From contig CM060731.1 of NCBI GenBank assembly GCA_030704615.1, positions 52,266,001 to 52,330,000 on the forward strand: a DNA stretch of 64,000 nt. The letters are read 5' to 3'. Positions 13,501 to 23,987 of the stretch are shown piece after piece. Under the pieces are notes generated by a model, which did no database searches, was not told the DNA's origin, and saw only the letters and a list, made by a program, of their open reading frames with translations. How positions within the stretch are numbered: position 1 is the first letter of the stretch; each line of letters starts with the position of its first letter. The translations under genes were made by a program, and so were the position numbers. Origin of the DNA: Takakia lepidozioides. Its lineage: Eukaryota; Plantae; Bryophyta.

Positions 13501-15730
13501 AGACAGTGTGCGGCAACGCACACTGTTTGAGCTGAGCATTTCAATGTTTCTGGGTGAAATATTTGGACTTCAGGGGCACCTGTGTGAGTGTGAAAAGAAC
13601 CCTTCACTGCCAGCCCAGACAGTGTGCGGCAACGCACACTGTTTGAGCTGAGCATTTCAATGTTTCTGGGTGCAAAATTTGGACTTCATGGGCACCTGTG
13701 TGAGTGTGAAAAGAACCCTTCACTGCCAGCTCAGACAGTGTGCGGCAACGCACACTGTTTGAGCTGAGCATTTCAATGTTTCTGGATGCAAAAATTGGAC
13801 TTCAGGGGCACCTGTGTGAGTGTGAAAAGAACCCTTCACTGCCAGCTCATACAGTGTGCGGCAACGCACACTGTTTGAGCTGAGCATTTCAATGTTTCTG
13901 GGTGAAATATTTGGACTTCAGGGGCACCTGTGTGAGTGTGAAATGAACCCTTCACTGCCAGCCCAGACAGTGTGCGGCAACGCACACTGTTTGAGCTGAG
14001 CATTTCAATGTTTCTGGGTGCAAAATTTGGACTTCATGGGCACCTGTGTGAGTGTGAAAAGAACCCTTCACTGCCAGCTCAGACAGTGTGCGGCAACGCA
14101 CACTGTTTGAGCTGAGCATTTCAATGTTTCTGGATGCAAAAATTGGACTTCAGGGGCACCTGTGTGAGTGTGAAAAGAACCCTTCACTGCCAGCTCAGAC
14201 AGTGTGCGGCAACGCACACTGTTTGAGCTGAGCATTTCAATGTTTCTGGGTGAAATATTTGGACTTCAGGGGCACCTGTGTGAGTGTGAAAAGAACCCTT
14301 CACTGCCAGCTCAGACAGTGTGCGGCAACGCACACTGTTTGAGCTGAGCATTTCAATGTTTCTGGGTGAAATATTTGGACTTCAGGGGCACCTGTGTGAG
14401 TGTGAAAAGAACCCTTCACTGCCAGCTCAGACAGTGTGCGGCAACGCACACTGTTTGAGCTGAGCATTTCAATGTTTCTGGGTGCAAAAATTGGACTTCA
14501 GGGGCACCTGTGTGAGTGTGAAATGAACCCTTCACTGCCAGCTCAGACAGTGTGCGGCAACGCACACTGTTTGAGCTGAGCATTTCAATGTTTCTGGGTG
14601 AAATATTTGGACTTCAGGGGCACCTGTGTGAGTGTGAAAAGAACCCTTCACTGCCAGCTCAGACAGTGTGCGGCAACGCACACTGTTTGAGCTGAGCATT
14701 TCAATGTTTCTGGGTGAAATATTTGGACTTCATGGGCACCGTGTGAGTGTGAAAAGAACCCTTCACTGCCAGCTCAGACAGTGTGCGGCAACGCACACTG
14801 TTTGAGCTGAGCATTTCAATGTTTCTGGATGCAAAAATTGGACTTCAGGGGCACCTGTGTGAGTGTGAAATGAACCCTTCACTGCCAGCTCAGACAGTGT
14901 GCGGCAACGCACACTGTTTGAGCTGAGCATTTCAATGTTTCTGGGTGAAATATTTGGACTTCAGGGGCACCTGTGTGAGTGTGAAAAGAACCCTTCACTG
15001 CCAGCCCAGACAGTGTGCGGCAACGCACACTGTTTGAGCTGAGCATTTCAATGTTTCTGGGTGCAAAATTTGGACTTCATGGGCACCCGTGTGAGTGTGA
15101 AAAGAACCCTTCACTGCCAGCTCAGACAGTGTGCGGCAACGCACACTGTTTGAGCTGAGCATTTCAATGTTTCTGGGTGAAATATTTGGACTTCAGGGGC
15201 ACCTGTGTGAGTGTGAAAAGAACCCTTCACTGCCAGCTCAGACAGTGTGCGGCAACGCACACTGTTTGAGCTGAGCATTTCAATGTTTCTGGATGCAAAA
15301 ATTGGACTTCAGGGGCACCTGTGTGAGTGTGAAATGAACCCTTCACTGCCAGCTCAGACAGTGTGCGGCAACGCACACTGTTTGAGCTGAGCATTTCAAT
15401 GTTTCTGGATGCAAAAATTGGACTTCAGGGGCACCTGTGTGAGTGTGAAAGAACCCTTCACTGCCAGCTCAGACAGTGTGCGGCAACGCACACTGTTTGA
15501 GCTGAGCATTTCAATGTTTCTGTGTGCAAAATTTGGACTTCAGGGGCACCTGTGTGAGTGTGAAAAGAACCCTTCACTGCCAGCCCAGACAGTGTGCGGC
15601 AACGCACACTGTTTGAGCTGAGCATTTCAATGTTTCTGGGTGCAAAATTTGGACTTCATGGGCACATTTTTGAGTATAAAATGAACCCTTCACTGTCAGC
15701 TCAAACAGTCTGCGGAACCGCACACTGTGT
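10542..15730. repeat. tandem array of ~44-45 x 116-bp units, each with the palindrome AGCTCAGACAGTGTGCG-GCAA-CGCACACTGTTTGAGCT
   Basis: Period measured as 11161 to 11277 = 116 bp. First full unit at 10582, last degenerate unit at 15684. Units are near-identical with no unique spacers. Confidence 0.97.
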
Positions 15731-15965
15731 AGGCAGAACATATGAATATGGAAGGGCGCAACTTTCGGCCCTCATGGGCAGATATTTGAGCAGAACTTTT
15801 CAATGTTCTTTCCCTGTGTAAATCGGGAACATAGTGCATGTCCGTGAGGATCAATGAACACTTATCTGGCAGCTCAAAGAACACTTCCCTTTTTATCCCA
15901 CTTTTTCATGCATCGGTCGACGTTTCATTCCTCTCTTATAAGAATTTGAGTGAACAACCTTGCAG

Positions 15966-18900
15966 GGGAAAATGCAAAGTGTGGCGGATGAGGTCCCTCA
16001 GGGTCAGGGGAAGGAGACCAAAGATGATGTTGACGATGAGTTTTATGAAAGCAAAGCCGCTGAGATGCTGGGGGGTCAAAAGGTGAACTCTCAGCTTGTG
16101 GTTCAAAGTATGCTTGCTCCTGGTGGGAGGTTGAAGATTCCCCTGTGTAGGTTGGTTTCCATGCCCGTCGTTCGTCCACCCCTTGTCAAAGACATTCTCA
16201 AGCTGGAGGCCGAGTTTGTTCATGGGTATTTGGATGGATCCGCGGTCTTTTACGTTTCTACTAGGGATTCAAGAGGTAACGAGCTCCTTGTTGATGAGTC
16301 AATCGTCGACTCCTGGGACCCCATTTGGAGACAGGTGAACGAATCCTTCGAACTTCTTCTCTCCAGAAAACCTTCCACCCAGGTATTCTCGGGGAAGATG
16401 TTTCACGTTTGGGATGGCAACCACCGGTTGCTTGCATGGATGGCTGTCATTGGGAGGCTGCACTCACAGGAGGAAGAGTGGCATTACTCTGTTCGATCGA
16501 TGGTGCTTGATTGTGACGACAACATGATGGGTCTTCTGACGGCAATGAATGATGTGAACAGGTTGGTTTCTCATTGTACACGTTGCACTTCTGGTTCCGT
16601 TCTTCCTTGATTGAAGTCCTTGAATTACATTCTGAAATTCAGATATCATTCTGCAGAGGGACGGAGACATCGCATGTCAAAACGAGTCTGGTTCACACAC
16701 TGTATAGGATACAAAGGATCGGGCAGATGCCCTTGACCAACTTCAAGACCATCCTTTCGGCAGAGATGTATAAGAAATGCGAAAGCTCCAAGACTTCGGA
16801 AACATGGTACTCGTTGACCCGTGAGGCTTTCATGGAGTACATGTACACGGTGAGATACATCTTCCTTCATCTGGCCTTTCCATATTCCTGCTTCCACATG
16901 TTTGTTTCTCTCTGTCTCCCTTGACCTTGGATTGATGCAACTCTCTTGCATTCCCTTGCAGCAAGACATTGCAGATGCAGGGGAGCGTGGCAAACTGGAA
17001 TACTACAGCTCTACCCCTGAGGAGAGAAGGACAGCAAAGGGAGTTGAAAGTCACATCCAGAAGGAGATGAACGCTACAAGAAGGACAATAATGAGTGCTT
17101 TTGTGAAGCAGTTGAGAATGGCCGACCCATCATTCGGGCCGCAGTTTCTGCTGGAGATAAAAAACCATTATAACAAGCCAGGCAAGCCGGAGATGGCCCA
17201 GGAGAAGTTGCACAGGTTGTCTACCGCCGTCGTGTCTTCTGAACAGAAGGTGAAGTGGCTGCAGATATGGAACTCCGATCCCACAGTTAGGGATACCCAC
17301 ATGTTCCCAAGGCCAGAGAAGGAGAAGAAGACCCAGCGTGTCGTTCCTGTCAGTGACAATGTGCTGGACAACTGGCTTCACAAGGCCACTTACTGGAGCC
17401 AGGTGTGATGTCCTCTCGTATCTCACTTTCTTTTCTCTTTTCCTGTCCTTCTCTTCCCATTGCCTCTTACATTCGCTGTGACTGTTTTTGGGTTCATTCT
17501 TCCATTTCAATTTTTTTGCAGTTGGAAGAAAGGGCCCGATCGGTTCTGCATACTCAGCTGGCTGACTATGGCATCACTATGACAGCTCCGAAGGTCTCCT
17601 TCGAAGCATACATGAGGAAATGGAGAGCCACAGTGTGGCACTCTGGTTTCTTTAGAGAGTTCAGCAAGGAGGGTGGCATCAGTCGAACAAATGAGCTTGA
17701 CCAGCAGGAAAAAGGAGAGGAAGCCTGGAAACGATGCCTTTACAGGTGCACACCCTTGCACTCTTTGCTTGTGTTGTGGTTGCAATGTGTTGTGTGGCAT
17801 ACTGTTTAAGGGGGTCTTCCTGGTGTGTTGAAAAAGCTGGGACACAATATGTGCATTGGATAATGAGGCTGTGTCTGTTCGTGCAGGTACATTAAGTTTG
17901 TTCTCCTGGAAGAGAATTGCTTGGACAAACATCCAGATTTCGTGGACCTTTGGCTTGTCCCTGCTGGCAACCAGACCATGTTCACTGCTGGGATCTTGCA
18001 TGACTGGGGTCCGGACCATCTTTCTTCTTGTGGTTGGTATTTGGATTGCCCTCCTTCAGAGACCCCAGCTGTAGAGTTGTCTTTGAGGAGAGAGAATGAC
18101 CGTATTGCAGCCACTGCCGCAGCAGCGGACCTCGACATTCATGAGCGTAATCTGAGGACTCTTGCAGAGAAGGAGCCTCCCGCTCAGGATACCCCGGGTA
18201 GAGGAAGAAAGGCAAAGGGAAAAGATGTTGCTGGTGTTGTGGGGACGGGAAGGGGTAGAGGGAAGGTGGCACAAGGGCAGGGAAGTGTTGCAGCTATTGG
18301 CCCTGTGGAGCATGTCCAGCAGACTCCACCGCATGGTAGGGGATCCGGGAGAAAAAACAAGGGTGTGGTTGATCCCAAGGACCCGTACCATGCAGTGGAA
18401 CATCCCACGAGGGTCATTCGTCCAACCAGGTTGGAGATTGCCAACGTCGGGTTCCTTGCCATGATGGAGTCGAAGAAATCTGATTACAAGGGCGAGCCAT
18501 CACCAGTGTGGGAGAGGATTGTCGAGTTCCTCAGCACGGTGCGTGTTCTCTTTGGGTTCTGTGGCTTCTGCTCTCTTTGTCTGCTGTGGGCATGGATCGT
18601 TTATAAACTTGTCAGAATTCCATTGTATTTTTGTTTGCAGGCTAAAATGACCAAATCGTGGGTGAACGGGAAGGAGAAGCCATATGCAGCGGAACTCATC
18701 ATCTTGGACATCCCTGATGGGTTGGCAGTCCCGGATATCCCACCATCGGGTGCTTGTCCGGGTTGGAATGCATTTGATGAGCGCTACTGGCGGTGGGTTT
18801 TTTCCTTTTGCAACTTCTTCCTTTCCGATGCAGGTGTTTTGGTTCTCATCCAGTCCATCGATGTTCGGTGTCGCCGTGCCCTTGCCAGCTATTTGAAAGC

Positions 18901-20085
18901 CTCGGGCATGAGAGTCCTGAAGACATGGAATTGTGTGAACAGCATGTACCTTACGAAGGGGGATCGTCCGGGAGAGATGGTGAGTTTCCCTTCTTCTTCC
19001 TCTTCTTTTTTGTTCTGGGATTGTGTTGTGTAGGTCGCTCAAACTCATATGTAGGGGCCCGATTTTATTTTGGTTCTTAGTTCCTTCTGGATGTCATGTT
19101 CGCAGACTCGTCTGTTTGAAGCTGTTTGTCTCGTCCGGGTGCATCCACCAACGACTCCGGCCGGCATTACGGAGTTTGCCATCACTCACGGGGGCAAGTT
19201 CATAGATGACAGGACAGATCCTCCCACGGATGACATGCATCACAACTACGTCGACAGCAACGTGTGCTTGCGAAGGGGGAATGGGGTTCCTTGGAGAGGG
19301 GCGAGGGAGAGGAGCCCGGCTTTCATTCAAACGATTGTGGAGTGCTGCACCTACACAGACGCCAGAGTTCTGGATTTGTCGATGGGCACAGGTTCGTCCC
19401 TTCAACATTCACATTTCATGAGGTTTGATTGAGCTTGCACTTTCAGCACTTTCCACCGTTCCGAATGTGTCTTCAATGTCTGCTTACTTCATTCTATTCC
19501 ACTGCAGGTGCTTCGTACCACGCTTGCAAGGCCAGTGCGCGACATGTCTTTGGGATTGAAGGGGATGCTGAGATTTACAAGAACCTCCTGATGGGTTTGG
19601 GTGGACACACTTCTCAGGTCCTTCCGAAGCCCCGTCCCGCTGATACTGGTACAGAGGAGACTTCTGACAAGGAGCTGGACTCCGACTTTGCCTGTGAGTA
19701 AGTTGAACCTGTGCATGCTTGCATTGTTGTTTCATTATCGAGAATCGCTGTTCTTGAGGCAAAGTGCAAATGGGAGACATCCTCTTCGTTGGACTTGTGC
19801 ATTGCATCATTGTGTTAAAAATGGAATTTTGTGGACATGTGTAGGAGTCCGCGTGCTTCCACTTGCCCTCCTGGGCTATCACACCTATTTGGACTTGTTT
19901 TCAGTCCTCCTCGGTCTTGTGTGCTACCTGTCTATGCGGAGGCACTCGCAGCAAGCATGTCCGTTCATGGCACTCAGAGTCCACCTTGCGATGGCCTTCG
20001 TAGAACACGTGGTGTTGGGGCCAGAATCTTTGTAGATGACATAGCACAGGAGGTGGACATTGATTGTGATGACTGCGACACTTGA
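15966..20085 (+). CDS. spliced gene: ParB/Srx-like N-terminal domain plus C-terminal beta-class N4C/N6A DNA methyltransferase-like domain (~1050 aa from ATG 15972; ~1157 aa with exon 1)
   Basis: Exons 15966-16561, 16657-16849, 16962-17402, 17522-17745, 17887-18538, 18641-18979, 19106-19391, 19508-19697, 19845-20085, all GT-AG and phase-compatible. ParB-like LKIPLCRL...VR...FHVWDGNHRLLAW. MTase motif IV-like ELIILDIPDG precedes motif X/I/II-like ERSPAFIQTIVECCT...RVLDLSMGTGASYHAC...RHVFGIEGD. Confidence 0.8.
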
Positions 20086-20338
20086 TATGAAGTATTCTTT
20101 TGGTTTAATTCTGGGACAAATTTGAAATGGGATGGTTGTGTGTCCTTATTGTCCTCTTTGCAATGTGTGCATGGAATTCACATTCATGGTTCCAAACTAT
20201 TGTTGGAGATGGGGGTTGCATGGACTGCCCGGATTGTTCCTTCAATATATTTGTTGTTTTGTGGACCTCACAGACTTGAGTACATTGCAAAAACAAACAA
20301 ACCACTTTGTTCTCAATTCTCAATTCTCCCCACATCAA

Positions 20339-20488
20339 CCCGCGGAAATAGGTGACCCCACTCGGAAATAGGTGACATCCGCGGAAATAGGCACTGTTTG
20401 CATGCTGACGTGGCGTGAGCCTGTGCTGGGCTCACGCTTTCCTGGGCTCACAGGCTCACGCCTCCAGGCTCACGGAATAGCACCCCCC
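20339..20488 (-). repeat. element terminus with subterminal repeats
   Basis: Read on the minus strand: GGGGGGTGCTATTCCGTGAGCC, repeated GTGAGCC, then GGCTCACGCCACGTCAGC. Three copies of CGGAAATAGG lie at 20339-20392. Confidence 0.7.
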
Positions 20489-23400
20489 AACTAATTGGAA
20501 TGGTGTATACTTAGTGGTGACTTTATATGAAGTCATGTATGACCACAAAGCTGTCAGCAGCTTTGTATTGCAATCCGTTCTGTTTGCATTGACTATCTTA
20601 GCCAAGATAGTACATAGTATTTTGTTGGTAGCCTCTGCCTGCCCATTACCCTGTGGGTAAGACGTTGTACTCTTCCTATGCACAATCATGAACTCTTTAG
20701 TCAATAGTTCAATGGTCTCGTTAATGAAGTGACTTCCCTGATCATTGATAAATTCCAAGGGACAGCCAAATCGTGTAAGTATGTTCTCATACAGGAACCT
20801 TGTTGTGGACTTGGCTGTGTTGTCCCTCAAAGCTTTAGCTTCCACCCACTTCGTAGTATAATCAGTGGCTGTAATTATGTACTTGTTCTGTGTATTCTTG
20901 GCTGGTGGGTTAATTGGTCCAACAAAGTCTAGTCCCCATTTTTGAAATGGTTCAGTAGGCATTGTAGGATGCAAAGCCATCTTCCGAGATCTCTGCAAAG
21001 GTCCTAGCCTCTGACATTCATCACAACTCTGACAATACTTGTGTATATCTTTGAACAAAGTAGGCCACCAGTAACCTGCAAGTAGTATCTTTCTACTGGT
21101 AGTCTCTTCTCCAAAATGACCTCCAGCCACTCCTTTATGAACTTCCTCCAAAACTTTATTTACTTCATGGTGGTACAAGCATCGTTTAAGTACTCCATCA
21201 GGTCCTAGCTTATACATTCTGCCTCCTACCATAGTATAAGATAAAGCCTTGATAGCGATTCTCTTCCTCTGCTCCTTACCATAACTAGGTGGGCACTGAC
21301 CATAAGTAAGGTAGTATCTGATTGGCCACTGCCAATCTAACCATTCATCTGTACTTCCTTGCACCTCCATTACAAATAAACTCGCATCAGGTAACTGATC
21401 GTCTACTCCTGTGGCGGCCTCTCCTGTTGTTAGTCGTGACAAATGATCTGCCACAAGATGCAAACGGCCAGGCTTGTAAACAACTTCGAACTCAAACTCG
21501 TGCAAGATTATTAACCACCTCGCTATCCTTCCACTTATCAAAGGTTTGTTCACCAGATATATCAGAGCCTGGTGATCCACATAAAACATAAACTTTCTTC
21601 CCAATAGGTAATGCCTGAATTTCTTGACTGCATAAATCATTGCCAGTGCTTCTCTTTCAGTTGTGCTATAGTTCCTTTCAGCACTGTTCATCAACCTGCT
21701 AGCATAGTACACAGGTGAATCTATATTTCCTGTAACATTCTGGGCTAACACCGCTCCCAACGATTCTCCTGAGGCATCACAGTGAACATTAAATACTACA
21801 TGCCAGTGAGGGTTAATCAGCACAGGTGTAGTTGTTACTGACAATGTAAGTTCCTCAAAAGCCTGTTGACATTCAGCTGTCCATGCAAACACTGCATCTT
21901 TCTTCAGAAGCTTGCTCAATGGTGCTGCTATCTGTGCATACCTTTTGACAAATCTTCTGTAATAACTGGTTTGCCCAAAGAATCTCCTTAGACTCTTAAC
22001 ATTTACTGGTGGTGGAGAGGCTTTAATGGCCTCTGTCTTCCTGGGATCCACAAGAAGTCCCCTCTTACACACAATGTGTCCCAGAAGCACCCCTGAGTTC
22101 ACACAGAAAGTACACTTCTCTGGATTCAGGCCCAGACCTCTCATCCTGCATCTGGCCAAACATAACTCCAATTTATGCAAGTGCTTATTCTTAGAGCTGT
22201 CCAAGAACACCTGCATGAAATCATCCAGATACTCATGAAAAGATTCACTTATCACTCTCTGAAAGGTTGCTGGTGCATTACAAAGTCCAAAGGGCATGAC
22301 TTTGTATGCATAAGCACCCCAGTCTGTGATGAAAGCTGTCTTTCCCTGGTCTTCTTCTGCCACTTGTACTTGATTATAACCACTGAACCCATCCATGAAT
22401 GAGTACATCTCATGGCCTGCCACAGTGTCCAATACCGCTTCTGTGAATGGTAAAGGAAAAAGATCTTTCTTTGTGCAAGCATTCAACTTCTTATAGTTCA
22501 CACAAACTCTCAGTTTACCATTTTTCTTGGGAACTATCACAATGGGTGACAACCAAGTTGTATACTCTATCGGGTATATAAACTTAGCCTCAGCCAACTT
22601 CTTGATCTCTTCTCCAACCTTCTGTGCATAGTTGGGATTCATTCTGTACCTTGCCTGCTTGATTGGTACTGACCCTGGTTCCAGTTCAATCTTATGCTGA
22701 CAGATCTCAGGTGGTATCCCTTTTAGATCCTCGTAGCTCCAAGCAAATACATCTCTGTATTTGATGAACAAACTCTTAGCTTCCTCAAAGAATTATGGCT
22801 CCAAATCAGCTCTTACCTTCACCATCCTCGGTTCCTCTTCAGTTCCCACATTCACTTCTCTCACCTGCTCATCAGCTGTGATTGTCCAACCAGTCACCAC
22901 TTAATCCTATAAACTCACAGTGGCTGGTTCCTCTAGGATTTCCATTTCTCCTTCTCTTTCTTCATAGAAATGTGGTGGGTAACTGCTGGTTTCCTCTTCA
23001 ATTGGTGTTGTTGTCACTACACCACAGCAGATACCTCTTAAACAACTTAGGCCTTCCAGCCGCATCTCTGCAACCTGCTCCCACTCTGGGTGTGCAGCGA
23101 ATAGGGTAGCTTCCTGCTCCTCATCCAGTCCTCCCCTCCAGTCATACTCTTTGACCCCTCGAGGTCTTCTCGTAGCAGGTAATCTACTAGATTTCTTAGT
23201 GGTAATTTGTATCTCGTGCATCCCATTATGCACAGTTAGTAACTGAGAATTCCAGTCATGGAATACCCTGGCCTGTTTCAGCCACGGACGTCCCAATAAT
23301 AAGGAGTAGGCCTCCATGACTTCATCCATCTTCAACATAGTTACTGTGATCATAAAGATCATCTTTTGTATCTGTATCTTAACTCCTCTTTATCAATCCC

Positions 23401-23987
23401 AATGGCTGTACACTTCTTTGATCTGCCATTGTTACTGTAAATGGGGCTATTTTCATGTTACTTAGACCAAGCTTCTTCCTTAATTGGTTTGTCATGATAT
23501 TTACTCCAGAGCCTCCATCTATCAGTACATCAGTTAGTTCTGTGCTTCCAATTACTGGCATAGAATCATCAAAGTCCATGACTGTTTCTCGCCCTTCCGG
23601 CTTCACATTATAACTGGTCACCTTGCTGTTCATATCTGTGTTTCCTGTCTCCTGGGCAATTCGATTGATTGCTTGATACAGCCTGTGTCTACAATAAGGT
23701 GCCATAGCTAATAGCTGTCCAATGGTAATCTCTGCTTTGGTCTGGCATATTACTTCAGCCAAAGTCCCTTCATTACTTTGCATGTCTGCAACTTCTTTCT
23801 TCCTTTCATCCTTACTCACTTCTTCTTCTCCATCAGAATCAGAGGAATCTGCCACAGGAATATCAGTACTCTTCTGCATTTCCCTTATGGTTTCTGCCAC
23901 TTCCTTGTGCAGTTCCTTCTCATCTCTCCAAAGCCTCATCATCTTCAGGCACATCACTGCCATCTTCATTATCATCATCTTCCTCAA
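20489..23987 (-). pseudogene. pol: gypsy pol (protease, RT, RNase H, truncated integrase)
   Basis: Protease VLIDGGSGVNIM and LLGRPWL. ORF 20456-22771 has a deletion in the RT active site (FLDSSKNK versus FLDDFSVYSSKNE) and there are frameshifts. Confidence 0.92.

Larger units (their letters stand above)
8679..20488 (+). mobile_element. putative large DNA-transposon-like element (superfamily unresolved) carrying a ParB-MTase gene and a palindromic tandem array; left part interrupted by gypsy copy A
   Basis: Right terminus ...TGACGTGGCGTGAGCC...TAGCACCCCCC at 20488 abruptly truncates a gypsy integrase. Related termini occur at 30083 and 43312. No transposase is recognisable in the window. Confidence 0.6.

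Noticed and set aside
10582-15700. 5S rRNA or tRNA gene cluster (unit ~116-120 bp)
   Set aside because: No 5S or tRNA sequence, no A/B/C boxes and no spacer/terminator structure.
10542-15730. CRISPR array (palindromic repeat with regular spacing)
   Set aside because: Inter-palindrome sequences are near-identical rather than unique spacers, no cas genes are present, and the context is eukaryotic.
19699-19701. TAA as the stop of the ParB-MTase gene
   Set aside because: It overlaps a GTAAGT donor in both copies, and an in-phase downstream exon is conserved. It could still serve in an intron-retaining isoform.
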